Origin: Prasinococcaceae sp. CCMP 1430
Taxonomy: Eukaryota; Plantae; Prasinodermophyta
Direction: 5' to 3'
DNA length: 64,000 nucleotides
Assembly (NCBI GenBank): GCA_013416795.1
Contig: RQSC01000032.1
Location: forward strand, 781,397 to 845,396
Shown: positions 10,259-21,853 of the stretch, piece after piece
Layout of the letters: every line of letters begins with the position of its first letter
Position numbering within the stretch: position 1 is the first letter of the stretch
Notes under the pieces: generated by a model
Databases searched by the model: none
The model's input: only the letters and a program-made list of their open reading frames with translations
What the model was told of the DNA's origin: nothing
Position numbers and translations under genes: made by a program

Positions 10259-10263
10259 TGTAA
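10259..10263 (+). terminator. TGTAA (UGUAA) green-algal polyadenylation signal, example
   Basis: 8 nt after the P2X stop. The same motif follows other stops, e.g. about 23356, 43905, 52976, 60088 (+) and 13936, 19239, 30481 (-). Confidence 0.75.
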
Positions 10264-10376
10264 CAAACACAACGCAGGGAATTTTGAGAGCGAGCGCGTC
10301 GTGCCTCACAGACGTTGGTTTGCATTTTCTTAAATTAGAGGAGTCCCACTGATGAGCGGGCTTTGCACGAGCCCGC

Positions 10377-13300
10377 TCACTTCCAGCGCCTCGCGAGGTC
10401 CTTGCGGTGCGCCAGCTTCGACGCGACAAGCGTGGCCACGACCATACCCACAACTGTGACGGTGAGCAGAAGGTAGTTGAAGCTGTCCGAGATGGTGTCG
10501 TAGGAGCGCGAGGGCGCCAGCCGTGTCAAATACCTGTCGAGCCCCACGGCGAACACCAGGCAGGTGCTCTCCAGATGCGTGGGCGCCACCTCAATGAGGC
10601 GAAGCTTCGCCACGGTGTGCTTGTGCGTCAGCATGCGCCGCGGGTCGACCGGCAACATTTCTGAGTAGGGCGGTAGGCGCTCCTCCTTGCTTGCCGCCGT
10701 GGGCTTGAGCGGCCTGCGCGGATCGAGCAGCCTGCGGTCGAGCGCGAGCACCTGATCCGTCCCCGTGCCTAGCAGCACCTGCCGCGCGGTCACTCCCTGC
10801 GCTGTGCTCGTCGCGGCCATCGCGCGGGCGCTCATTGGAATGTAGTAGGTCTGCGCGAGCACGCGCAGGGGCGGCAGCGAGTGTGAGCTCGCTGTGGGCG
10901 CCTCCACTTCGGCGCCCAGCAGCCGCATGATGCCCTCCTTGATATGGGACGGCCGGTCGCGCGTGTCGTCGAAGAGCTCGAGCACGCTCATCTCGTTGCG
11001 CATGGCCTCCTCACTCCAGTAGTGGTACACCACCCAGTTCTCGTAGAACGCCGCCTGCACGGGGCCGCTGCTGCCAAGGTGCAGCGTGCGGTACAGCACG
11101 CGACCGGTGGCGGTGTCCAGGATGTACACGACCAGCCCAGGCACGACAGGAGCGCTGCCAACGCTGGCGTCCGCGCCGCTCTCAGCGCCATCCTCGTCGT
11201 CCTGCGCGCGCACAGCGGTGGCGAAGACAGCGGCCGTGTTGGGGCCGAGGTATTTGTAGAGCGCGGATCGGTCACCGAGCACCTTGACCTGCGTGTGCAC
11301 GGCGTCGGCGGTGCGCTCCACGACTGCCTCCATGCGTTCGCTGGGCGGAAGCGTCAGCTGCCACAGCGGCGCGCGGCGCACGCCCACGGCGGCGGCCGCA
11401 TCGGGCACCAGTCCGTAGCCGCGAATCTCGCCAGAAACCTCGTCGGACTCGTAGTAGAACACTTTGCTCGCACGCGATGCAAGCGCCTCGCGCGCGTCGG
11501 CCGCGGCGATGGGATCGGCGGCATCGCCACCGGTCACACCCACGAGGTGCAGCTCGCCGGACGCGCCAACGAGTAGCACGGGGCGCTCGCCGCGCGAGCC
11601 CTCGAAGGCCTCGCCCGCCAACGGGATGGCGCGCGTCGCGGCGATGGGCAGCACCTCCTCGGCCAGCACCGCGCCGTCCGAAGCGCGGATCCACATTGCG
11701 CGGGTAGTGGCGCCGCCAGGGACCGCCCCCAGCGCGAGGAGTTCGTGCTCGGTGCCATCTTCACCGCCCTCACGCCAAGGCAACACCGCGCGCAGAGCAC
11801 CATCGCCCGCAGCGCCAGCGCCAAGGTACGCGCTCCACAGGGCGCGCCCGTCGCCCGAGTGTAGCCCGAAGACCTTGCCAGCGGCAGTGAGGCATACGAT
11901 GAGCTGACGCAGCCCCACCGGGTCGCGGTGGGGATTTGTCTTGGAAGGGTCGGCAGCGCGGAGCACCTGCAGCTCCTCGTATTCGGCGCGGGTGGCCAAA
12001 CGGAGGCTGAGCTTCATGTTGAGTACTTGCATCCGCCACAGCTCGTCCGGCGAGCGGCTGCTGGCGACCGGAACGGCGCCGGCGCTCTCGTCGACAGGGA
12101 GCTCAACGAAGTGCGCGGTCACAATTGAGGCCAGCGCTTCCTCGCGCTCCCACGCCACGACGCCCTGCTGCATCAGCGCAAGGGAGTGGTCCTCGCTGGC
12201 GAGCACGCAGCGGTAGCCAGCGCTGCCATCCTTGCGAGTGTACACAGAGAGCGTCGCCAACACTGCACCGCCGTGCGCCGCACCGCCGCGCCCGTCGACG
12301 TCCATCGTGGACACGATTGAACCATCGGAAAAGTCAAAGACTGTGAGGCGCGTCGCATCGGCGGCCGATGCGTCCACAATCGCGCCGAGCACCGCAGCCG
12401 ATTTCGGTGCGATGACCGCAGCCGTAGCAGCTGCGCCTGCTGGCACTGCGTGGATCACCCTGGGCGGCGCTGCGGCCGAGACGGAGAGAACCGCACCGCT
12501 CACCACAGATCCGTCTGCGCCACGCGCACGCAGGCCGATCGCACCGGCGGGCGCATCCTCGCCCAGCGCGTGGGCCGCCACGCGCGAGCCTGGTGCGTTT
12601 GTGTCGACAATGCCAGCAAGCGGGTACTGCGCAGCCTTGATCTTTTTGCCAGCGGCCTCCGCGGTGGCAACGACGAGCGCATCACCCGCGGCGCTAACGC
12701 CTACCAGTGCTGTGCCTTGCCCCGCCACTGCTAGCCCCGCTCCGGTCGCCACCTCCTTTGGCAGGCGCTGCGAGGCTGAGCGCTCGATGTCGCCGAGCTG
12801 TACGTCATAGCGCAGTGCCTCCAGCGTGCCGGCGGCGCCCGAGGTCACATCCGCGAGCGCGGCAACAACGAGCGCATCCGCGCCAGAGCCTTCCACGAGC
12901 GGCTGGTACATCGCCACGGGCCGCGCGTCCGTCGCAGCGAGCTTGGTGGCTGCATCCGACGCCCACACGAGCTCACCATCGACGGCCGAGTGCACGCTCA
13001 CGCCGCCAGCGGAGAGCACGGCGAGATCTGGCTCACCGTCGCGGTCGGCATCGGTGCGCAGCGCAAGCAGCGCGACGGCAGTGCGGCGCGGGTCCTGTGC
13101 AGCCTCGTCACCGCCGTACACAAGCGTCTCCCAAAGCAGCGTGCCGTCCTCGGGCGCCCACGCGCGCAGGTGCTTGCCGCCACCGGAGAGCGACACGAGC
13201 GCGCCGCCTGCCCACGTGAGCGCATCGGCTTCGTCACCGTCGTCCAGAACGTGTCGCCACGCGAGCTCGCCAGTCTTGAGCTCTATGCATGCGAGCGCGC

Positions 13301-13520
13301 CGCTCGCGCCTGCCACGTACGCGTGCCGCCGGCGCGCGGCGGGCAGCAGCACGTGCGCGACCTCACCGATGCCCTGCGCGTGCCAGTCGATCACGCCCAC
13401 CTGGTCGGCGGTGAGCGCGCGTGCCGCACGCGGCGCGAGCGCAGCGGCGAGCAGCGCGAGCGCGGCGGATGCCACCAGGGCGGCCGGGCCCGCACGGCGG
13501 GGTGATCGGCGAGGCGCCAT
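10377..13520 (-). CDS. EMC1: ER membrane protein complex subunit 1
   Basis: Signal peptide then LTADQVGVIDWH; beta-propeller; C-terminal FYENWVVYHYW...TRLAPSRSYDTISDSFNY plus TM and RKDLARRWK. ATG at 13520. Confidence 0.92.
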   Translation of the reverse strand: MAPRRSPRRAGPAALVASAALALLAAALAPRAARALTADQVGVIDWHAQGIGEVAHVLLPAARRRHAYVAGASGALACIELKTGELAWRHVLDDGDEADALTWAGGALVSLSGGGKHLRAWAPEDGTLLWETLVYGGDEAAQDPRRTAVALLALRTDADRDGEPDLAVLSAGGVSVHSAVDGELVWASDAATKLAATDARPVAMYQPLVEGSGADALVVAALADVTSGAAGTLEALRYDVQLGDIERSASQRLPKEVATGAGLAVAGQGTALVGVSAAGDALVVATAEAAGKKIKAAQYPLAGIVDTNAPGSRVAAHALGEDAPAGAIGLRARGADGSVVSGAVLSVSAAAPPRVIHAVPAGAAATAAVIAPKSAAVLGAIVDASAADATRLTVFDFSDGSIVSTMDVDGRGGAAHGGAVLATLSVYTRKDGSAGYRCVLASEDHSLALMQQGVVAWEREEALASIVTAHFVELPVDESAGAVPVASSRSPDELWRMQVLNMKLSLRLATRAEYEELQVLRAADPSKTNPHRDPVGLRQLIVCLTAAGKVFGLHSGDGRALWSAYLGAGAAGDGALRAVLPWREGGEDGTEHELLALGAVPGGATTRAMWIRASDGAVLAEEVLPIAATRAIPLAGEAFEGSRGERPVLLVGASGELHLVGVTGGDAADPIAAADAREALASRASKVFYYESDEVSGEIRGYGLVPDAAAAVGVRRAPLWQLTLPPSERMEAVVERTADAVHTQVKVLGDRSALYKYLGPNTAAVFATAVRAQDDEDGAESGADASVGSAPVVPGLVVYILDTATGRVLYRTLHLGSSGPVQAAFYENWVVYHYWSEEAMRNEMSVLELFDDTRDRPSHIKEGIMRLLGAEVEAPTASSHSLPPLRVLAQTYYIPMSARAMAATSTAQGVTARQVLLGTGTDQVLALDRRLLDPRRPLKPTAASKEERLPPYSEMLPVDPRRMLTHKHTVAKLRLIEVAPTHLESTCLVFAVGLDRYLTRLAPSRSYDTISDSFNYLLLTVTVVGMVVATLVASKLAHRKDLARRWK

Positions 13521-14008
13521 GGCGCCACCCCCGGGGAAGGGGTGGGGGGTAGGGCGCGCGCCGCGCGCACGCTCTGGCGCCGCCAATGGCCGAGGCGACC
13601 TAAACCTAACAAGCCTTTGATTGGGCAATTTCTTCGTGATTGTGGAGGTGGTTTGCTGGCGTTCGGCTGCTAGAGAGAGGGATGCGAGGACGCGAGCGAG
13701 CACGTCGCGCGAACACGCCAGCCGCCGCCACGGAGCTGGCAAGCGCGCCAGCGGTCCCCGCCAGCGCGCTGGAGCTTGGCGACGCGGCGTGCGAGTGCGA
13801 CGCCATTGCGGGCATTGACGGGTGGGCCGGACGCGCGCGGGTGGCCGCGGCGCGTAGCGCCACATGTGCCGGCAGCCCCTGAGCGAATTCACGAGCGCGC
13901 AGCTTGTTTGCCTCCTCGCACATCCGCGCGATTGTTACAGGTGCTCAGCGTCCGCACGGGCGGTGCTCGGGCCACATGGCTCGCCCTGCCGCCGTCACGC
14001 GTGCTTGC

Positions 14009-15119
14009 TCACGCCGGCAGCGAGAGCCGCTCGTTGTTCTTCCAGCTGCAGGCGTGCGCGCGGCACAGCGCGTGTGGCAAGCGGAGGCGTCAGAGCGCGC
14101 TCAGGGGAAGGCGATCGCACGCACGCGCACGCGCGGGCGCGCGCGCACCTCAGGAGATAGTAGTAAAAGAAATCGCAGTAGATGGCCGTCTGGACCGCGC
14201 CCGAGATCCACACGATCCACTGCTTGTACCCCGGCTCGGTCATGTATCTGTACACCCAGTTGAGGAGATACAGGCCGCGGTACGCCCCCAGCGCAAACAC
14301 GTAGTTGCCCGTCAGGTTGTCGACATTCTTTGTGCGCTGCAGCAGCACGAGCTGGGGCAGGATCGCCACAGCCTCGAGGTAGATCGAAAACGTCCACAGC
14401 ACCTCGGTAAAGCTGAACTCGTGGTTGATCAGGAGGGCGAGGACGCCGCACGGCACGATGATGAAGAGGTACCGGAAGGTGTCCTGGTCCTTATCGTACG
14501 TCTGGGACACGACCTTGTGCGCGCGCATGTACCACACGATGGTGAATGCCGTGCCTAGGAAGATCAGCTTCATGCAGGTGTTGTACAGCGAGATGAACGA
14601 GTACAACAGGTCCAAGTAGCGCGTCATGAATACGAGGGCATACAGCTCCTGCGTCTTGAGCGAGATGCCTGCGAGCGGATTCGGCAGCGCAGCACGGGGC
14701 GATCGGTTGAGGGCGGTCAATCGCACGCGCGCGAGAGAGTGCAGGCGGTCGCGTCAGTGGAGGGAGCGCCGCGGCAGGGTCATGCATGCGCGGCACAGGC
14801 GAGCGCGGCGGCGCCGTGGCGCATGCTCGCACGTGCATGCAAGCGCGTGTCCAGTCACATACGCGACCCACGCGCGCACGAGCGCGCCAGCGAGGCGAGC
14901 GACCCAAATCCACCGCGCCCCCATCCATGGCCCCCACCCTGGCCTCCCATCACATGCCGTCACGCCTCCATCCTGTCCCGCCCCTTTGCCGCGGCGCGGC
15001 GCGCGCGTGCCCCCGCCCACCGCACCTGCGCACGACCGCGTCGCGTGGATCTTGAGCAGCAGCATGACGATCGACATGAGGTGCGTCATGTCGCCCATGA
15101 GCCTGAATATGTTCATCAT
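14009..15119 (-). CDS. ERD2: ER lumen protein-retaining (KDEL/HDEL) receptor, 3 exons (15119-15026, 14668-14149, 14045-14009)
   Basis: MNIFRLMGDMTHLMSI, GISLKTQELYALVF, SIYLEAVAILPQL, ALGAYRGLYLLNW. GT-AG introns join in frame. Confidence 0.95.
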
Positions 15120-15356
15120 GGCGAGCGGCGGTGGCGGTGGCGGCGGCCTCTCGGCGCTCTCCCTCGCTTCTCGGCTCGCTGCCTCCCCCCGGGTGTGCGC
15201 GCGGGGGCGCGGCGCGGCGGGGACGCCGCGCGGTGTCTGGCGCACGCGGCACCGCCGGCGCTGCCAGTACCGCTGGCAGAGGTGGTCTCCGACTGCATCT
15301 TGACAGCCCTTCGCCGGGCAGTCTGGACGCGCGCTCGCGGCGGCGCGCGCGGCGCC

Positions 15357-16180
15357 ATGCCCGGCATGAAGAGCAAGCCCGGCGATCCGGAGCGGCGGCG
15401 TGGCAAGGTGGGCGTGCGGCGAGGCTTCTCGCAGATGGACTGGATGCGGCTCGCCAACCGGCCGGGCGCCGACCTCACGGGGCTCGGGCCGGCGCACAGG
15501 CCGAGGCTCGTCACCATGGAAGAGGTAGGCGCGCAAGCCGCCGGTGGCGAGTGGGGGCGCGTCGAAGGCGTGCCGGGGGCGCGCAGTGACGCGTGTGTTG
15601 CACTTATGCGCTGCCCTTGCTGACTGCGCTCTGCCCGCGCCAGGTGCGTGCACACAAAGCGGAGGGTTGGACGGTGCTGCGGGGACGAGTGTATGCTGTA
15701 GCGCACTACGTGCCGTTCCATCCCGGCGGCAGCCGCACCATCATCCAAGGCGCAGGCAAAGACATGACCAAGCTCTTCGACAAGGTGCGTCTGCGCTCTC
15801 GCAACTCCACACGCCCATGCAACACGAGCGAGCGAGCGTCCGCGCGCGTCCGCATGCGCCCAAGAGCTGACGTTTCCGCGCGCTTGCTCATGCGCGCACT
15901 CGTCCGTGCGCTGCAGTTCCACCCATGGGTGAACGCCGATTTCATGCTGGAAAAGTGCCTGGTTGGCGCCCTCGCGGAGGGTGATCTGCCAGAGCCTGAG
16001 AGTGACGATGAGGAAATGCTGGCTGCGGATGGTGGCACTGACGACACCGGCGACGGCAGTGGCGACAGTGGCGGCGGCGGCGGCAGCGCAGGGGGTGACG
16101 AAGGCGCCAGAGGGCGCGGGGTCAGCAGTGGCGGCGCACAGCGACCAGGGAGCCCCATTATGGGCGTCGTGACGCCCTGA
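15357..16180 (+). CDS. Cytochrome b5-like heme-binding protein (CYB5R4 N-terminal type), 3 exons (15357-15524, 15644-15784, 15917-16180)
   Basis: GFSQMDW, WTVLRGRVY..YVPFHPGG, GKDMTKLFDK|FHPWVN..MLEKCLVG; both heme His present; acidic/Gly tail. Confidence 0.88.
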
Positions 16181-16352
16181 TCACGCGCCTTGGGGGTTGC
16201 GAGCGCGGCCGCTCTCTGCGCTATGTACCATAGGAATTTTCTTACGCCTCGCGTGACATGCCTTGGGCAGCCCAAAGTGCGCCACAGTTCGCGCGCGCAC
16301 CACGTGCGCTCGCGCACATGCGCCGCCCGCACAGGCGCCCAGACGTGCGCGC

Positions 16353-19224
16353 ATGTTGCGATCACCGGCCGCGCTCGCTTTCGCGCAGGGTACCCTAGTC
16401 GCGCTCGCCGCAGTGGCGCTCGCGCCGCCCGGCGCAGAGCATGCGTGGGAGGCAGCACGCGTAGCACCGCTGCAGGCGCGTTCGGCGGCGGCCGCCGCAG
16501 CGCTGCTTGCGCACGGTGCCTCGCGAGCATACCCATCGCTGGCGCGCGCCGCGCGTGCACGTAGCACGCGCGGAGGTGCGTATTTGGTGTTGTGGATCGC
16601 GCAGGCAGTCGATGCAGTGAGGCTCGTCGCGCTAGTCGCGTCGGCGATCCTTATTGAGGACGGTACGAACGCGTGTCGTGTGTGCGTGCAAAGCTGTGTC
16701 GAGCACACGCTGGCGCTGACTGGCGACCTGCTGCGCTATGCACTACGCACACCCAGGAGGTGCCTCGGATGCGTACACATGGCTGGCTGCGCTCGCATTC
16801 ATCTGCCGTCCTGCAGCAGCAGCGTGTGCCCATGGCCGTGGCGGCGGCGCAGCTGCCGCGGTCGCACAGCTCGTCCGGGCGTGCGCTGCTGCCGGCGCGC
16901 TGGCCGCCGTGCTGTTGCTGGGCGGCGACGATGTGCGCAAACGCGGAGTAGTAGGCCTCGCGGATGGCGCCGCCGACAGCGCGCTTGCGCTCGACCTACT
17001 GGGCTGGCATTGTCAACTTGCTGCGCCGCTCGCGCCGCTCGTGCCCGTGCTCGTGCGCAAGCACAGCAATACACGCAACGGACGCGCGGGCAGCGCGGGC
17101 GTGCACACACGACGTGCGCCATCGGATGCACTTGAACGGCGCACACAGAGCGATGCTCAGCTGTACTCGCACAGCACCGATGTGCAAGTACGCGACGCGG
17201 GCGAGACAGGAAGTGCACAGGCACGTGGGGACGACGCACGGGCTGCGACATGGTGGCAGCGGTGCGCACGTACATGCACCGAGGTGAGCGCATCCGCTGC
17301 TGAGGTTGGCATCGGCACCGCCGCAGTGTGGGCCGCGCGCGAATGGGTGCGTCCCGCAAGTGCGGGTACGCATGCGTCTATGGCAGCGTGTGCCGTGTGC
17401 GCGTCCGCGTTGGCGAGCGTGTCGCCCATGCCGCTCTTCATCGTCGCTTTCGCGCTGCGCACGGGAAGTCTATGCGGGGCGCTCGGGCCGCATGTCGACG
17501 CCGTGGCCGAGGTGGGGTTGACACTGTGTGCGGCGGGCGCGCTGGGAGCTCTACGCGCGCCACGACTCGAACGCATTCGTGCAGTGCATGGACTGGCGGC
17601 TGGTGTCGTGCTGAGCGCGTGTGTGCAGTGCCTGCCGGCAAACTTGGAGGCACAGGGAAAGAGTGATGTGGACGACACCGATGCTTACCTGCGCACGCTT
17701 TCGCCGCGTCTCCTCGTGGCTGTGGTGGGCCTCGTGTCTGCTTCTCTCCGTCTCTGGCTTGGGAAGGAACGCGCAAGCAAGCACTCACATCGCAGCGCTG
17801 GGCTCGCGCGGGCAGGAAAGGTGGCGTCACCGGTGGCGTCATCGCCGTCGCTATCACCGTGTTTACCCCACGGCCACGGCGATCCTCGTGCTTTTGTGTC
17901 GCCGCTCCCTTCGCCCATGGCATCGCCGATGGCATCCCCGCCGTCGTCGCCACGTTCTTCAAGGCGCGGTGGCAGGCGTGGAGGTGCTCTTCGTGCAGGC
18001 ATCACCGTCGGAAACACTGAAAGTGCTCCGTACGCCGGCAGCAGCGACAGGCAGGGTGGCCAGCGAATGCGCTTGGGTGCGGAAGAGGACCCTGCGGCGG
18101 CCTCTCCTCGCCTGCCACCTTCGCAGATCATTGCGCCACCGCCGCCACGCGGTAGTCCCCTGCTCGCAGGGGCATCCGCCGCCGCGTTGGTGGTGGCCAT
18201 CGCGACTGCACTTGACGCGCACGCCGTGCTGGCGAACGCTGATCCCGGCACTGGCATCGAGTGGGAGACGGCAGCGGGTGCTGTGACAACGGCACTGCCT
18301 ACGAGGGTAGGGCCTGCGCTCGCGCTCGCGGGCGCGGCGGCGATGGCTACTGGGGCGCTTGCGACGAAAGATCTTGTCTCAGGTGCAAGGTCTGGAAGAG
18401 CACACGCCATCGCGGCGATGGCGGCCGCGGCGCTCTGTCCATTGTCGCCGCTCTTTGCCGCTGCGAGTGCGGGCGTGGAACGTGACATGCACGACGGCAT
18501 TGAGGGCCGAGCTGCTGCAGTGTGTGCGTGTTTGTGCGCGCTTGTGCTGTGCGTGTACGCCACCGCGTACCTGCGACGTGCAGCGCAGCTCATCGGCGGT
18601 GCGAGCGGCGGCGGCGCTAGCGGCCTCACCGCAGCCGGTGCCGCCGCTGCTGTCGCGGTCTCTGCCACTGCCGCCCTATATGCGCTCGGCGGCGTCTGGA
18701 GCGCTTTCGGTGGCCAATGGGCCGGACCGCTAGCCTTCGGCCTCCTGTCGGTGACGGCAGTGTGCGGCGGCCGGGTCGGAGGCGGCGGCGGGGGCGGCGG
18801 CAGCGGGGTGGGCACTAGCATGAGTGCCAGGCGCAACCTTAAGCGTGCGGCCAATACGAGCAGGGCAGTGCTTTTCGCAGCTTTTGCTTGTGCGTTTGCG
18901 ACGGTTGCACGCACGCGTGTGAGTGAACTGGGCGAGCTGCGAAAGCTGCGGCCGCTGCTGACCGGCGTGGAATCCGCACAGAGCTGGGGTGGACTGAGGC
19001 AATCAGAGCATGTGACCGAGCCCGCCAAGTCGAGGCGCGCGTATGACGCATCTCATGCTGAATCCGCGGCTGCCCTCACGACTGAGGGTGAGTGTGATGG
19101 CCATGCAGCAGAGGCAGCGGAACGTGATGTCACACCAGTGCCAATGGTGGAGCACGAGGTGAGCGTGGCCAGCATGGGGCATGAGGAGGGGGCGCGTCGC
19201 AGCGAGTACATTGCACGAGCGTAA
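16353..19224 (+). CDS. Hypothetical multi-pass membrane protein, 2 exons (16353-16662, 16757-19224)
   Basis: GTACGA..GCTGAC..CCCAG intron links two hydrophobic ORFs in frame; many Ala/Leu/Val TM-like segments; no family recognised. Confidence 0.5.
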
Positions 19225-19259
19225 GACTCCCGTACATATTACAGCGGCGCCGTCGAGCG

Positions 19260-20349
19260 CTACAAGCTCGCAGCCGTGACGTCCGCCTTCGCCTTGATGT
19301 GGCTTGAGAGGTACTTGTTCATTGAGAACATGGTGACTGACTTGTTGGGAAACACCTTGCTGAGCAGCTCGTCGACCATGATCTTGCGCTTGTCCTTGGG
19401 GTTCTGGAGCTCGTGCGCCCTCACGTACTCCCACACCCCCTTCACAACCTGCGTGCGCGACATCTCGTTGGAGCCAACCACGGCAGCAAGCTCGGGGCTC
19501 AAAACGCAGATCTGCGGGATCGGGATGGGCGCAAAGGACGGGCGCACGAGCGCGGGTCAGATGGGGCTTGAGCACGCGAGCGCACTCGCGGGCGCCGCCC
19601 CCGAGGCCGCCAGCGCATTCATGCTCCCCGATCCTCTTGCCCGAGAGGCTACCGCCTGCGATGGCATCAATTCGCACGCACCTGCTTGCTGAAGCCGCCC
19701 GTGCCGCCGCCGCCCTTCTTCTTCTCGATCTTCTTCTTGGGTGCGGGCCCCTTGCCCTTCTTGCGGAGAGCCTCGCGCGCCCAGCTGCGCGTGCCGCCAA
19801 GCGCTCCACCGTTGTCCTCCCCCTCATGCTCGTCCTGGCCGTCCTCTTCAGCCACCTCCGCGCCCTTCCCATTGTTGTACGCCTCTATCTCTGCCTTGTT
19901 GTTCGCCTCCTCGATGAAGCGAGCGATCTCATCCTTAATGAGAGCCTTGCGATCCCTGTGCTCGCGGAGCGTTGGAGCACGCGTTTGTGCAGCACGCAAA
20001 CGGCTGTCAGCGGCAGCTCCGCGGAATGAGTCGCGCGCGCACCCCAGGAGGCGCAGATTCACTCCAGGCGTCCCGATGAATGCAGGGCGTCGCGGCGAAC
20101 GCAACGCTGCGCGCTGTAGTCACGCGGCGGGTGACCTTCGCTCCGCTCGGCGCACTCGCTCACTCACCTCAGCTCGCAACCGAAGCGCGTCTCGAGCTGC
20201 TTGCGAAGACTCGACGCGCTCGTGGTGTTGAGGTCCGCGACCGCTAGCGCCTTGCGCAGCGCTCTGCGCAGTGTATTGTCGCTCGGGGGCAGGCTTGCCC
20301 CCGCTGGGTCAACAGGGTCCGGACTGGCGAGAGCCCACTCCACCACCAT
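19260..20349 (-). CDS. DEK-C plus SWIB/MDM2 domain protein (UAF30/Tri1-like), 3 exons (20349-20168, 19955-19682, 19511-19260)
   Basis: DEK-C: LRKALAVADLNTTSASSLRKQLETRFGCELRDRKALIKDEI. SWIB: LSPELAAVVG..MSRTQVVKGVWEYVRAHELQNPKDKRKIMVD. Confidence 0.9.
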
Positions 20350-21853
20350 CGCTGCCGCGGACAGGTCGGGGTACCCTTTCGCGGGCCGTGGCTAAGCTGG
20401 CCGCGGGGACTCCTGCCGTGCCACCTTCTTCGGAGCGCGCTCAAGCGGGAGCGTGCGAGCGCCCGCGCGCGCGAGCGCCGGCGCAGGCGGGCCCTCTCCC
20501 CCACTCGCGCCTCGCGCCTCGCGCCTTTCCCGTCTCCCCCTCGCCGCGGCTCTGGGAGGGGGCCACGCCTCCCGCGCCGGCCTCTAGGCCGACGCCGCTG
20601 CCGCGCTCGACGCCACGCGCGCACGCGCGCGCTCCGGAGACCCCGCGCGGCCTCGGCGGCGGCGCCACCGAAGCGCGCCATCGCTCCGCATGCGACCCGC
20701 ACCAGAACCGAAAACCTACTTTCTAACCCTTAATGCGCAATGCGCAGGACCATTTTGATCCAAAACTTCGTGCATGCACCGTACAGTGCTGCAACCCTAA
20801 AGCGACCTCTAATACCATCCGGATGGTACCACGACTACGGCGCCGCGCGTTCCCGCGGCGGCCGCGTCGGCGTACGTACCTGGATCTTTTTCTGGGTGCG
20901 TGCGCGTCTCCGCGCGGGCGGACGGCTTCGATGGGCTGCGAGCGCACTCAGTCATCAGTCATCATTCAGTCAGTCAGTCGGCCTCGGGAGCGGCGGCAGC
21001 GGCGCGCGACGGCGATGGGTGGATGGAGGATGTGCGGCCGGGCCACCCACCCGACAACGACAATCACATTCATCACTCGATCTATCGAAGCAAGCACCGA
21101 CGACAGCTCGTCAACAACACCAACGAGCACGATGCGGCGCGAACCACGGCGGGGATGCGCTCGGCTGGATTCGCGCTCTGGCTCGGGGCGGGCGGAGGGG
21201 CGCGCGGCGCCGCGCGCGCGGGCCTGGCGGACGATCAGGAAAGCCGGCGCTGCGCTCCCGCCCTCCTCTCCGTCGCTGCGCCCCACCCGACTGGCCGAAT
21301 CTTCGCGCGAAATCGCGAGCGAAAAAAGGAAAGAAAAATCGCCCCCGGCGGAGGTGCGCGGCGCATGCATTCATCGTTCGTTCTCCCGCCGCACGCGCGC
21401 GCGGCGACGCGGCGCCCAGCCCACACGCCGCGCGCCCGGCGGGAGGCGGGCGCCTCGCGCGCGCGCGCCGGCGCGCGGTGCCATCCGCGCCCCCCTTCCG
21501 GCCGGAATCGGAATCCGCCGCTGGCATCGGTCGGTCGGTCGGTCGGTCTGTTTCTTCGATGTGATGGCTGTTGGGGGACGGAGGGGGAACGAGCGATTCG
21601 GCGGGCCAGCTGGCGTTCGATCCGAGGGAGAGCTTTGGTGAGGTCAAATTCAATGTCAGGGGGGGGGGGGGGGGAAGGAGCCCGCGGCCGGAGCGCGCGT
21701 GCGGGCTCGGGGCATCCCGCCTGCTCGCGCGCGTGCTGATCCGTCGCGGCGGGCGCCCGGTCTGCCGCTGGCCTGTGTGTTTGCGTGGCGCGCACCGCGC
21801 ACGGGCGGGGCGGAGGGGGGCAGGGTAGAGACGAGCGGAGGGGAGCACGCCCC

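Noticed and set aside
15357-16180. Stand-alone cytochrome b5 of CYB5R4 type as a novelty
   Set aside because: Single-domain proteins of this type are known in plants and fungi.
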